Made by a program: the position numbers and the translations under genes. Source: Mantamonas sphyraenae STR306 (Eukaryota > Protista > CRuMs). Taken from it: DNA of 64,000 bases. The first letter of the stretch is position 1. Every line of letters starts with the position of its first letter. The notes under the pieces were generated by a model. The model was not told the DNA's origin, did no database searches, and saw only the letters and a program-made list of their open reading frames with translations. Location: NCBI GenBank assembly GCA_026936335.1, contig JAPMXV010000002.1, forward strand, positions 375,803-439,802, given 5' to 3'. This document shows positions 1-12,600 of the stretch, piece after piece.

Positions 1-3000
1 ATGTCGGAGAAGGATCGGATGCGGAGATCGCAGGTGTCGTCCGCCATCGACTCGATGAACCTGATCGCCGAGCGGGCAGCAAGGCATGCGAGTGGGGAGT
101 ATGACGCACACGAGCCTTTGGATGCTGATGTGCAGCAGGCCCTTCAGGAGATTGGGACGCCGGCAACGTTGAGTTATTTCTACAGCCACGGCGGGGCGGA
201 CAGTGTGTTGCAGTCCACACATGCCGAGATACAGAGGTCACATGATGAGGAGTTGGTTCGGTTGCGTCATGCGTCGACGGCCAGGGTGGATTCGCTCATG
301 CAGCAGTTGGATGCGATGGAGGATCATCAGTTGGAGGAGGAGGAGGAGGAGGAGAGGCAAAGGGAGGAGGAGAAAGGGAGGAAGGAGGAGGAGAAAGGGA
401 AGGAGGGGAAGGTGAAGGAGGTGCATCAGGAGCTGAGAGAGAGCTTGCCCGCTGAAGAGGTTGACGTGACGCCAGAGTCGTCGCCGGAGCCGGTTTCTCC
501 TCCTCCAGAGCCCGTGGAGGAAGAGGAGTGGGTGGTGGAAGGGGTATTGGAGGTGGAGGAGGTGGTGGAGGATGTGGAGGTGGTGGAGGATGTGGAGGAG
601 GAGGAAGAGGAGAAGGTGGAGGATGTGGAGGAGGAAATGGAGGAGGAAAAGGAGGAGGAGCCGGTGCAGGAGCAGGTGAGACAGAGGCCGCAGCGTGCGG
701 TGGTGTCAAAGGCCACACTGGAGCGGTCGCGCAGCCATCGACATGCGAAACGGGGAGAACGCAGCAGCGTGGGGAAACGGTTGGGGGATGTGGAGGAGGA
801 CGGGACAGAGAAGGGAGAGGGAGAGGGCAAAGACTCTGTGTTGAGACACAGCCTGTCGACAAACACGCCGTCGCTGTTGAACAGGACGCCGTCGGTGGCG
901 CAGGCGCCGCCGTCGCCGCCGGCAAAGGCAAAGGAGGAGCACGGTCACGGAGAGTCCGTCAGAGAGGCCAGTCCAGGCAGCACTCAGATTGCAGAGGAAC
1001 TGGCACTGCTGCGCGAGGAGATTGCATTACTGGCGCAGCAGTCGGCAGGTGCGCCGAGGGCGTTTCCGAAAAAGACGGCCGACAGGCTGCGGAAGCAGAT
1101 GCAGGAGCGCAAGTACCAGCTGGAACCAAAGGACCTGCAGCACATGATGGTGCTGTATGTGGGCACAGAGTGCGAGATGAGCAACGCGCTGAGCGCCGCG
1201 GCGCCGTACAGAATGCGGGTGGCAGACGTGGAGGTGGACGCGCTGGCCATGATCAAGGACGCAGACACGTACACCGAGGACGACAAGTACCGCATCGACC
1301 TCATTCTGCTGGATGCCACATGCAACAAAATCAACCCCCAGCTGATCCTGGGCACGCTCGACCAGGCGACAGAGTGGCACAGGCGAAGGGTACTCGTCGT
1401 GCTGGACCATATCGACGACCAGGCATACAAGACGTGGTGCAGCGAGTTTGGCGCCCACGGATGTCTGGCACACGACGCACCAAAGCAGCAAACGTCGCGG
1501 CAGGTGCTGTACGAGCTGCAGGGGCTGCATCTCATCCGCATGCTGTCGTCGGAAAACGCAACCATGGACGAACTGGCCACGCAGGTGGACGTGCTGTCGC
1601 AGGCCAACGAAGACCTGCGCGTGAGGCAACACCAGCTGGAGGCGAATCTGAAGCATCTGGTGGCGCTGCAGACAAAGACGGAGCAAAACCACGAGGCGGC
1701 GCAGGCGGCGCTGCAGAAGCAGGTGAACGAAGCCAACTTTCACGTGCGCACACTGCGCACAAGGCTGACCGACGAACAAGTGCTGGCGGCAGAGCTGGGC
1801 ACAGACAACGAGTCGCTGCGGGAAGCCAACCTGGAACTGCTCGCGCAGCAGCAAGAGGCGCAGGATCAGCTGGCGCGGGCACGGGCAGACGCTGGCACGC
1901 TGCAGCAGCGGCACAAGGAGCTGCTGGGCGCGCTGGAGACGCAGAAACAGGTGAATGTGGAGCTGCAGGCAAGCAAGGACATGATGTCGAAGCTGATGGC
2001 CACCATGATGATTGGGCACGGGGAAGGGGACGCATTGAACCAGGAGGCGACGGAACAGCGGCATCGGGAACAGGACATTGAGCGAGGGCAGCATCTGCTG
2101 GGTGACATGCAGGTGTCCACGTCCATGATGTCGTACCTGCTGGACAGGTACACAAACAGGCTGCGCAGCACGGCGTGGCAGCAGGAGGCGCCCGCGGTGG
2201 GGAGCAGCGACGTGCTGCCTGTGCACGAGTACGTGGCACGGCGCCAGGCAGAGATTGCCAAGAGGCGTCGCGGGACAGACACGTCGCACGTGTCACGCGT
2301 GCTGGGCTACGAGTTTATGCGCAGGTGGGACTTTCGGTCGGCAGACTACAGCGCAGAACAGCAGCGCACACTGGTGGTGGAAATGTTTAATGATTTGGGC
2401 CTGCCGCTGCGCTTCAAGTTTCCGGAGGCCATCTGGCAAACCTGGTGGACGCGGTGCGGGCGGCGCACGATCCGCAGTGCCGTTTGCAAACTACACGCAG
2501 AGTCTGGACACGGTGCATGCGCTGTACATGCTTCTGGAACGCACGGATGTGCTGTCGCTGCTGCGAGATCTGGACGTGTTTGCGCTGATGCTGGTGGCGT
2601 TGTGTTCGCACATCGACCATCCGGGCACGAGCAACGAGTTTGAGATTGCGTCGCAGAGCGCTCTGGCACACAGGTACAACGACGACCGTGTGATTGAGCA
2701 GCACAAGGCGTGCTGCATGTTTAGCCTGATCAACGATCCGCACAACGATGTGTTTGTGGGCCTGTCGTTGGACGAGTTTCTGTACGTGCGCCACCTCATG
2801 ATCCACCTGATGCTAAACACAGACGTGGGGCGGCACTTTCAGGTGCTGGCAGCGTTTGAGAGGCGCATGGTGGTGCCGGAAGAGGGCCACGACGACGTGC
2901 AGCCGCTGAACAAGGAATCCAAGGCGGACCGGATCCTGGTGATGAACATGCTGATGCGAGTGAGCGCAAACATGTGGCTGGCCAAGGAGTGGGAGCTGCA

Positions 3001-3553
3001 CAGGGAGCGGGCAGACGCGTACTATGCCGAGCGGACGCACGAGATGCAGGTGCTGGCGGAGGAGAGCGAGCGGCACGACTATTCGGCGGTGGGCGAGAGC
3101 CAAAACCTGCTGATGGTGAACGAGATTGAGTTTGTGGCCGTGCCTGTGTTTGCGTCGTTTGTGCGCTGGTTCTCCGAGTGCAAACCCATGATCAGGCAGA
3201 TCTACTACAACAAGAGCAAGTGGCTGGACGCACACGCACTGGCTACCGCGCCGGAACCGCCGGTGACGCATCCAATGATTGTGTTTGAGGAGAAGGATGC
3301 ACGCACAGCGCTGGGAGATTCCATGCGGCGTGTTCAGGTGCATGATCTGAGCACGCGAGGTGACAAGGCAAGCGAGAAGAAGGTGGTGGTCAAGAAGAAG
3401 CTTGCGCGAAGCAAGAAGAAGAAGAAGGGGAGGGCGGATGGGGAGAAGAGTGAGGATGGGTTGGATTTGTCTTCTGTGGTGGTGGCTGGGTCGGGGTCGG
3501 GGTCGGGGTTGGGGTCGAGGTTTCCGCCGATTCGGGGGAGGGGAGGAAAATAG
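1..3553 (+). CDS. Acidic N-terminus + receiver(REC)-like domain + coiled coil + degenerate cyclic-nucleotide phosphodiesterase domain (two apparent -1 frameshifts at ~2432 and ~2476)
   Basis: IDLILLDA...VLVV...FGAHGCL is REC-like. The C-terminal ORF has the class I PDE pattern PFANYTQSLDTVHA...LCSHIDHPGTSNEF...YNDDRVIEQH...NTDVGRHF. Reading 2433-2474 in the third frame gives LANLVDAVRAAHDP, which bridges the two ORFs; no GT-AG intron restores the frame. The 5' end may extend beyond the window. Confidence 0.75.
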
Positions 3554-3810
3554 AAGGGGGTGAAGGATGTTTTTTTTCAAGTGAGGTGTGTGGTTTTGGG
3601 GGAGGTGGAAGACGGGGTCCTGGGAGTAGGTTTGGAGTTGAGTTGTGCGCAGAGCGAGGATGGTGGGCAAAGGGGCAACGGGGCAGGAAGGAGGTTGAGA
3701 GGGCAAGATGGGAGGGATGGGGCAGGGGAGGAGGCAGAGAGGAGAGGAGGGAGCGAGGAGAGGAGGAGAGGAGGTGGGGAGGAGAAATTTGACAGGAGGT
3801 GATCAGCTGA

Positions 3811-4266
3811 TCATTCATTTTCGGCGGAGGAGGAGGTGGAGGCGGAAAAGAGGGGCTTGGAGGCTTCTTTCTCGATGTGGAGGGCGGCGTGCTCCTTCTT
3901 GGCCTCTTTGATTTTGTGGAGGACGTCAAGGGTCTCTTGGACAGGCTGGGCAAACTCGTCAAAGTCGAGCTCGTCGAGGGCGGCGAGGACATCCTTGGCC
4001 TGGATCATTGTGCGCTTGCTTTGGCGGCTGATGTCGAGGGCGCTGTGGAAAGGAGGGTGTGAGGAGAGGGCGGGGAGAGAGGGGAGGAGGGCGCAGGGGT
4101 GCGTGGGGTGTGCATACGTGGCGGTGAGGTAGTTGATGAAGATCTGGGCCGCGTGGCCAACGGCAAGGCGGGCATCCTTCTGGGCCTGCATGCCCTCGGG
4201 GAGCACCGCTTTCATCACACGGGCGACGACCGCCTTTTGGAGCTCGAGGGACGGGTCGGTGGACAT
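3811..4266 (-). CDS. DPB4: Histone-fold protein, DNA polymerase epsilon subunit 3/CHRAC17 (DPB4, NF-YB-like); intron 4043-4117
   Basis: LQKAVVARVMKAVLPEGMQAQKDARLAVGHAAQIFINYLTAT|ALDISRQSKRTMIQAKDVLAALDELDF; 75-nt GTATG...CAG intron. Confidence 0.85.
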   Translation of the reverse strand: MSTDPSLELQKAVVARVMKAVLPEGMQAQKDARLAVGHAAQIFINYLTATYAHPTHPCALLPSLPALSSHPPFHSALDISRQSKRTMIQAKDVLAALDELDFDEFAQPVQETLDVLHKIKEAKKEHAALHIEKEASKPLFSASTSSSAENE

Positions 4267-4315
4267 GGAAGGGGTGGGTTGGGGGCAGGTGCGCGTGGGC
4301 AGGCAAGGACGGCAC

Positions 4316-4351
4316 ATGAGCACGCAAGGGACACTGGACGCGTTGATCACA

Positions 4352-4383
<32 letters not shown>

Positions 4384-5865
4384 TAGTAGCAGCAGCAGCA
4401 GCAGTGGGAAGCGGAAGAAAAAGAGCCCGCGCAAGAGCAGTGGGGGGCGAAAGCGGCGGCGAGAGGACTTTGAGGACGAGGACGGGCGGGAGGAGCAGGA
4501 GAGGCTGGACCGGGAAGTGGCACTGGCGATGCAGGCGTCGATCAAAAAGTCGCGTGTGCTGGACGCAGTGAAGAAGCAGCAGGTGGTGGAGCGGAAGAAC
4601 AGAGGCAAGCAGCGCGTCAAGTTGAGCGAGCTGGGGTTGGAAGGGGTGCGGAAGGAGGTGCGGGACATGAACGAGGCCCAGGTGATGAACGAGATTGAAC
4701 GCGTGATCTTTGAGGCCGCCCAGAGCATCATGCAGGGACAGGGTAAGCAGAGAGAGAGAGAGAGGGCGGGGGAGGGGGAGACAAGGCGTGCTGATCGCTC
4801 ACCTTTTTTCCGACACGCGCACACAGGCTTTTCGTACACCGTGCCGACGCGGAGCTCCAAAAACACAAAGTGGATCCCAGAGCTGGACCAGGTGGTGCTG
4901 TTGAACCAGGTGACGGACAGGTCGTTTGGGAGCAAGAGCAGCGCACTGTGAGTTGCTTTTTGCGTTTTTGCACAGTGGGTGCTGGCTGACACAAAGATGA
5001 CAGGAAAACGGCCATCACCACACGGATCCTGCAGATTGTGCACGAACTGTGCATGAAGAGGATCCACGCAACAAAGCGTGACGTGTTCTACTCGGACGTG
5101 AAGCTGTTTCAGAAGCAGGGCGCGTCGGACACGGTGCTGGAGGACGCGGCGTCGCTCCTCGGGTGCACGCGGTCGTCGATGAACGTGGTGGGCTCGGAAA
5201 AAGGAGTGGTGGTCGGGTGCATCAAGTACAGGGAGAGCGGAGACGAAATCGACTGCACGCGGATGGGCGTGGGAGGCAAGGCGATCCCGCCGACCGTGGA
5301 CGACATCACGGACATCGAGTCGACGGCAGACTTTATCCTGCTGGTGGAGAAGGACGCCGCGTTTATGCGGCTGGCGGAGGACCGGTTCTACAACGACTAC
5401 CCGTGCATCATCATCACGGCCAAGGGCCAGCCGGACGTGGCTACACGTCTGTTTCTGCACAAGCTGGCGTACGAACTGAAAATCCCAGTGCTGGGCCTGG
5501 TGGACGCCGATCCGTACGGGCTGAAGATCCTGAGCGTGTACACGAGCGGGTCCAAGAACATGGCGTTTGACTCTGCGCATCTGACGACGCCAGACATCAA
5601 GTGGCTCGGGGTGAGGCCGTCGGACCTGGACAGGTACCGGATCCCGAAGCAGTGCAGGCTGGACATGACGGAGAACGATATCAAGACGGGCAAGGAGATG
5701 CTGAACGAGGACTTTATCCTGAAAAACCCGGCGTGGCACGCGGAACTCAAGACAATGGTGCAGACAAAGCAAAAGGCGGAAATCCAGGCGCTGAGTAGCT
5801 TTGGGTTCCAGTATTTGAGCAAGGTGTTTCTGCCGCTGAAGCTGCAGCAGGGAGACTGGATCTGA
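4316..5865 (+). CDS. TOP6A: DNA topoisomerase VI subunit A (SPO11-3 type); introns 4743-4826 and 4948-5003
   Basis: [13 protein letters not shown] (catalytic Tyr), [34 protein letters not shown]-terminal [10 protein letters not shown]. Matches plant SPO11-3 from memory; both introns restore a continuous frame. Confidence 0.95.
4351..4405 (+). repeat. (AGC/AGT)n poly-Ser microsatellite in the TOP6A N-terminus
   Basis: Direct trinucleotide run. Confidence 0.9.
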
Positions 5866-6116
5866 AGCAGGGTGCCGGCGCCGCGGGAAGCAATTGAAAG
5901 CCAAGCGAAAAAGGAAGCTTCTCTTTTCTCGTCTACGTCGTCGTCCCAGTGCATATTGTCAGTCTGCGGCGCGTGTGCAATTTTCATTGAGAGAGAGCTT
6001 TTGGCGGGACAAAACCCAAACGCAACTTGGCGCGGATCTGCTTTTTTTTGAAAAGCGAAACGATCACCAACACCTCAGGAGCAAGAGGCGTGGAACGAGA
6101 GCAGGGAGAGGCAAGG

Positions 6117-7193
6117 ATGCAAGACACATACCAAGAGTACGACGACAACCACACGAGCGGCGGGCGGGGCGTGCCGAGCGCGCCTGTGGGCCGTGCGCAA
6201 AAGATGCTTGCGCAGCAAGCGGCGGATCACAAAATGAAGCCGAGCGCACAACGGTTCGCACAGCAGTTTCTGCAAGAGGCAGCCGGGTGGGAACTGGACA
6301 CACTGAGCACACGGGAGCTGGCGGTGCTGCACGACCGGCTAGAGTCGCTCCAGAAGGACATCGAGCAGCTGGAGGGGCTTGTCAAAGGCGGGAGCGGGAA
6401 AACAAGCAACGGTTACCGGCGATCCGCGCGCCGTCTTTCGGACCCGCTGTTCCCTAGCGAGTTTAAGGAGGAAGTCGGGGCGGTGAAGGAGCAGGTGGCG
6501 ACGCAGATGGAGACGCAGGGGTGGAGCACGGACGGCGGGAGGCCCAGCGTGACGCGTGTGGCGTCGTTGTTGACGAGGCGCGGAAAATCCGCGAGCTGGG
6601 ATGAAGGGCGCGGGGCGGGCAAAAGCAGCGGGGCGGGCAAGAGGAGGGTGCAGAGGACGGGCAGTGTGGGGAGCGTGGGAAGCACAGGGAGCACAAGCAG
6701 TGCAGGGAGCAGGAGGAGTGCAGCAAGTGGAAGGGGCAGGCGAGGCGGGGGCGGGGGAAAGATCAGCCGCAAGAACGGGAACATGGAGGTGGACGAGGGC
6801 GGGGTGAGCGTGACGAGCGGCGTGCGGCGCAAGTCGCAGAGCAAGAGCGGAGGCGGAACGGGGGCAGGAGGGTCGTTGTGCACAAACAACCATCCGGACA
6901 GGTGCTGCGCGTGCGGGAACCGGATCTACATCAAGGGGCGGTCGCACTGGCGGCACGAGTGTGACTGCTCGCACAACTTTCATCTCAAGTGTGTGAGCAA
7001 GGCCGACTTTGCGTTTAGCACGACGGTGTGTCACAGCTGTGGGAAGCATGCGCCGTTGTACAAGGTGGTGCGGCCGACGGTGAGTGCCGGAGCAGGCAGT
7101 GCCGGAGGAGCGAGTGGCGGAGTGGGCAGCGGCGGAGTTGGCAGTGCCGAGAGGAGGATTGAGGAGTTGAGTGCGATGGGAGGGCAGAAATGA
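6117..7193 (+). CDS. Coiled-coil, Gly/Ser-rich protein with C-terminal RING-H2-like finger
   Basis: CACG...CSHNFHLKC...CHSC fits C3H2C3 spacing; first ATG at 6117. Confidence 0.7.
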   Translation: MQDTYQEYDDNHTSGGRGVPSAPVGRAQKMLAQQAADHKMKPSAQRFAQQFLQEAAGWELDTLSTRELAVLHDRLESLQKDIEQLEGLVKGGSGKTSNGYRRSARRLSDPLFPSEFKEEVGAVKEQVATQMETQGWSTDGGRPSVTRVASLLTRRGKSASWDEGRGAGKSSGAGKRRVQRTGSVGSVGSTGSTSSAGSRRSAASGRGRRGGGGGKISRKNGNMEVDEGGVSVTSGVRRKSQSKSGGGTGAGGSLCTNNHPDRCCACGNRIYIKGRSHWRHECDCSHNFHLKCVSKADFAFSTTVCHSCGKHAPLYKVVRPTVSAGAGSAGGASGGVGSGGVGSAERRIEELSAMGGQK

Positions 7194-7282
7194 AGCGCCG
7201 GGAGGCGGGGGTGCGCTCGCGCAGGCAATCGTGGCACATTGAGTTGAGAACTTTGGAGACCACAGCACGGCCAAGCACACAC

Positions 7283-9426
7283 ATGAGTAGAGCTTGGAAT
7301 AATAACGTGGAACTTGGGGGCGGGATGCTGGGCCTCGGGGCGTCGTCGAGCTCGTCGAGCTCAAACGGGGCGTCCGGGTCGGCCGAGAGCCAGAACAGCG
7401 GCTATGTGTACAAAGCCACGTCGTTTGGACTGTGGCCAAACGACGATGATGACGAGGAGGAGGAGGAGACATGGCTGGGCCTCTCTCTGACGCACCGCGG
7501 GTTTGTGGCGCTGCCACTGGACCTGTGCATGTTTTCACACCTCACGGGCCTGTTTATCAACAACAACAAGATCCAGGTGCTGCCCGGGGCCATCTTTGAG
7601 TCGCTGACGCAGCTGCGCCAGCTGGACTTTTCGTTCAACCAGATCGCCGTCATCCCCGAAGAAATCGGAAACGTGAGTTTCCCTCTCGCGCTTGCCGCCT
7701 GCCCGTTGGCCAGCCGCCGTGCACTGGCACACGCTGTTTCTTGCCCGCCCACACTGTGCATGTTGTGCATGTTGGTTTGCCGTGCACGCGCATGCGACTG
7801 GGTCTCGCGCGCGTGCTGGGAGGTGGGAGAATGGCGCGGGCGTTCCCGCGCTTGGCCCGGCCGCAAGGGCTCCCAGGGAGCGCTGTGCGGCCAAGGGGCG
7901 GCGTGCGTGGCGATGGAGTGTGTGCGGTGTTTCGCCCACGGGTGCGGTCACGGCCGTTGTGCTCACACCCTGTCACATCGCGCGGTGGCACACTGTGCAT
8001 TCCGGGGCATTTCCGCCGTGCGCAGCTGCGGGACCTGGAGGAACTGCGCATGTCAAACAACCTGGTGAGCGAACTGCCGGTGGAGATCGGGCGGCTGTGC
8101 TCGCTTCGCAGGATTGTGGTGAAGAACAACCCGCTGCGGAACCCGCCGCAGCACGTGATTGCGCAGGGGACGCTGGGGGTGGTCGGGTACCTGCGCGACC
8201 AGATCCCTGCGCCGTCGGCACCTGCGCCGCGCAAGTGGATGTCGTACGGGTACGACATGAACGCAAACATGGACTCGCGGTTCCGTGTGCTGTGCTACAA
8301 CATCCTGAGCGAAAAGTACGCGACGGAGCAGATGTACCACTACTGCGCGTCGTGGGCGCTGAGCTGGGAGTACCGCAAGGTGCAGATCATGGACGTGCTG
8401 CTGCGGTACAACGCAGACATCCTGTGCCTGCAAGAGGTGGAGGAGGGCAAGTTTTTCAACCTGTTTCTGCCGCAGCTGCAGAAGCACGGGTACTGCGGGC
8501 TGTTTCTGGCCAAGAGCCGGGCGAAGCAAAAGTCGCCCAAGGACAGGGCGTCGGTGGACGGATGCGCCATCTTTTACAACGCACAGCGGTTCCAGCTGGT
8601 GGAGCGGTACGAGATGGAGTTTTCGCAGCTGGCGATGAAAAAGGCGCGCACGCTGCGGGACACCAACGCGCTGCAGCGGCTGATGACGCGGGACAACGTG
8701 GCGCTGGGCCTGCTGCTGGAGGTGATTGACGAGAACACGCAGGTGCGTGGGCAACCGGTGCAGCTGCAGCCAGGGACGCAGTCGCACTCGCACGGGTACA
8801 ACCCGATGGCGCCGGCAGACGGGATCGAGGGACACAACGAGGGGGAGTTTGAGATGGGCAACGCGCCGTTTACAGACTACCAGAGCGTGCCGCGGTACGT
8901 GTTTGTGGCCAACACACACATCCACTGGGACCCGCGGTTTGCGGACGTGAAGCTGCTGCAGGTGCAGTTCCTGATGGAGGAGATCCAGAGGCTGACGAAA
9001 GACAGCGGAAAGGCGTGGAAGGACGTGCCTGTGATTATCTGCGGGGATCTGAACTCGACGGTGGACTCGGGGGTGGTGGAGTTTATGAAGGAGGGCCACG
9101 TGGCAGGGACGCATCCGGAGCTGCAGGAGTTTAACTTTGGCGACTACACGGAGAACGGCCTGCAGCACAGTCTGTCGCTGGACAGCGCGTACGCAGGGGT
9201 CAACGAGAAGCGGATGTACACAAACTACACGAATGATTTCAAGGGGGTGCTGGACTGGATTTTCTACGACACGGACCGGGTGTTGTGCACGTCGATTCTG
9301 GAGCCGGTGCCGGAGAAGATTTTGAAGAGGGAGGTGGCGTTGCCGAGCAGTCATTTTCCGAGCGATCATGTTCCGTTGGCGGCGGAGTTTGAGTTGTTGC
9401 CGTTGATGGAGAAGAAGAAGGGGTGA
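7283..9426 (+). CDS. CCR4: CCR4/CNOT6 deadenylase (LRR + EEP nuclease); intron 7673-8025
   Basis: N-terminal LRRs, then FRVLCYNIL, LCLQEVE, NTHIHWDP, IICGDLNS, YTNYT...LDWIFY, PSDHVPL; GTGAGT...CAG intron joins EIGN|LRDLEEL. Confidence 0.95.
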
Positions 9427-9608
9427 TTGGAGGGGATGGTGGTGGGGGGATGGTGGGAGGAAGGGGGAGGAAGGAGGGTGGGGAAAAGGAGGGGAAGGGG
9501 AGGGGGAAGGAATGAAGGTTGGATGGCGTGATGGGTGGAGTTGGGGTTTGGAGGTGGGATTGGGGGGGAGTGGGTTGGAGTGGGAAATGGGGTTGGGGGG
9601 GGTTGGGG

Positions 9609-12600
9609 TCACACGCCTTCATCGTCGTCTCCGTTCTCACCCATCCCAATCTCCACTGTCACAACCTTCTCTTGCACTTCTACGAGCACTGCGCCTTGAC
9701 TGCTCACCTGCTCTTTCACTTGCATCACGTCCTGCTCCATTGCAGCCAGTTGCGCGCGGACGATGTCCACATCTGCTGCGTTCAGCCCTTGTGCTTCTGC
9801 CCGCGTCTGCACCTCTGTCAGCCATGCTCGCATTTGCGGTACCTGCTCTCCCAGGAACCGGATTGCCTTGCTCTGTTGGCCACTCTTCCTCTTGAGTGAT
9901 TCCGTGTCGCTTTGGACCGCTCGCAGCGCAGTGACAATCTCCTCCTGCGCCCTCGGGTCCAGTGCAGCCACCTGTGCCTGCCATGCTTCGTGGTCAAACT
10001 GCACCGCGTCCAGAATCTGTGCCTGTGTCCCTTGCATCTCGTGCAGGATGCTCACAATCTCCACCTGCGAGTGCATCTCTTCCTTCTTCATCACCTCCAC
10101 CGTGTCCAGCGTCGCCACAATCTGTGTGAACGGAGGTCGTTGCGATGGATCCGTTGCCCAGCACTGCTCAATCAGCTTTGTTGCCCATCCCGGACACACG
10201 CTCGTGTCGATCTTTTCTCGCTTGTCTGGCTTGATGGTCCACCTTGACACATGCTTGCTGTGGCCATAGTTTTTCTTGCCGCTGTACGGCTGCACTTCAT
10301 GCATCATCTCCCACAGCACCATCCCAAACGCAAACACATCCACCTTTTCGTCAAACGTCCGCATGGAGACGCTCGAGGATGCCCCTGCATCCTCCTCCTC
10401 GTCGCTGTCCGTGTCAACATCATCCACCAGCAGCTCAGGGGCCATGTATTGCCAGGACCCGGCGCCTGACTTGGTCTTTGTCTTGGTGTGCTCCTTGACA
10501 CGGCTCAGCCCAAAGTCGCTGATCCGTGCCACGCCACGTCTGTCCAGCAGCACATTCTCTGGCTTCAGGTCCCTGTGCATGATCGGTGGTTTGTATCCGT
10601 GCAGGTACGCCATCCCGTCTGCCACATCCCGTGCTATCTGCACCTTGGCCTCCTCAGACAGCCCTTCCGCACCCTCGCCCCTCTCGTGCAGCAGCTTGTG
10701 CAGCGACCCAAGCTCACACAGTTCCGTCACCATGCACACATGCTCCGGTTCCACGCACACCCCGTGCAGTGTGATCATGTTCCTGTGCTTCAGTCCCTTC
10801 ATCGTCCGCACCTCGTGGTTGAATGCCGCTGCGTGTTCAGCATCCATCACCTGCACCTTCATCATCTTGATGGCTACTGGCGTGCTTCCACGCAGCATCC
10901 CCTTGTACACAAAGGCAAACCCGCCCTCTCCCAGCAGTTCCCCTTTCGACAGATCCGACCACGGAATCTCCAGCGACTCGTCTCCGCTACTGCCCACCTC
11001 TGATCCCAGTGGCGACCCAGGCGGTGTCCACCCGTTCGATGAGCCTCTTCTGTCCTCCCCTGCAAGCACCGCCGCCAGACTCGATGCCTCCTTGCCCAGC
11101 AGTGCCTCGGCTGCATTCAGCGTTTCCAGCCGCTCGGTCTGCATCGCCTCCACCTGCTTCACACCCGCCGCTGCCTGGTCCCGCTCCTCCCGTGCACGGT
11201 TGTACTCTTCGGTCAGCTCCTCCTCCAGGAACCGCAGCATGTCTGCCTCTGCCTGCTGCACACGCTTCTGCTTCGGTCCTTTCGACCGTTCCAGACGTTG
11301 AAGTTCCCCTGCCAGCGACCCACATGCCAACTCGGCTGCCTCTTTGGTCATCGTCTGTTCTGCTTTGTGTTGTGTCTGCAGCTGTTGCTCTGTGTGGTCC
11401 ACTGCTTCAGCTGTTTCTTCCAGATGTTCCTTGCTCACCTCTGCCAGCTGCTCCAGCGCATGCGTCAGTCCCTCCTGACGTTCACAGAGCAGGCGCAGCT
11501 GTGTGCGCCAGTTCTCACATTGATTCAGTGTTGCTTTGATCTGCTTGCGCTCTTTTGAGTACGCAGCAGGCAGCTCACGCAATGCTTCCTCCTCAGCAAC
11601 CTTGTCCCTGCGCAGCTGTGCCAGTCTGGTCTCCAGTTCTTCAATCTCTCGTGCCATCTCCATCACATGCGTCTCCTTCGCCAACCGCTCCTTCTCCTCC
11701 TCTGCACCCAGTGCCTCCTTCCGTGCCTCCAGCTCTCCTGTGTTGTCCTCCAGTTGCTCCAGCCCAGCTGCATACCGTCTTCCCTCCTCCCTTGTGACCC
11801 CAGCCTGTGCCAACACCTGCTCCCTTTGTGCCTCTGCCCGTTCTGCAATCCATCCTCCAGGTGACGAGGATGGTTCACCTGCTGCTGCTTCCTTCCACAC
11901 TCCCTCCCATACCTCTCCTGCTGCTCCATACACCTCCGTCCGCGCTGCCATCCTCTTCTCTGCCCGTTGCGCACACGCTCCCACCAGCTCCACACTCGTC
12001 TGCAGTTCCACTTCCCGTGCACTCGTCTTGGCTTCTATCGTCGTCCCTGCCTGTCGCTGTCTCGCCGCTTGCTTGTGTGTCGCCACCAGTCTCTCCACTT
12101 CTTCCTGCTCTGCTGTCCACAGTGTCTGCTGTGTCTGTGCAGCGTGTGGAGCAGCTGCAGCCAAGAGTGTGCGTGCGCGTGCGTTCTCCTGGTCCACACT
12201 CTCCTTCACCGTGTCCAGCACAGCATGGTGTGTCAATGCCACCTGGGTGTCTGCGATCACGGTCTCCAAGTGTTCCTGCACAGATGATGCCTCGCGCATT
12301 GGTGTCGTCAGTGCGCTGTCGTACAGCACAGACACAACATCCGCCACGCTCGTATGTCCAGACGATGATGATGACAATGCTGTCAGCATGGCATCCAGCT
12401 CAGTCACAAACTCCACATTGGCTGTTGCTGTGGCGTATGCTGGCCAGGATGGGTCAACCGGGTTGATTGCTGCGGAGAGCAGCGCCAGGATGGCCGTGTT
12501 GCCATTTTTCTGGGCCAGCTCCAGGGCATTGGGTTTGGTGCCCAACGGGCGAGTGAGTGGATTTGCACCACGCTCGATCAGCCATGCGCACAGTTCAACG

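Noticed and set aside
3811-5904. 697-aa minus-strand ORF
   Set aside because: Antisense shadow of TOP6A; only 3811-4266 (DPB4) is real.
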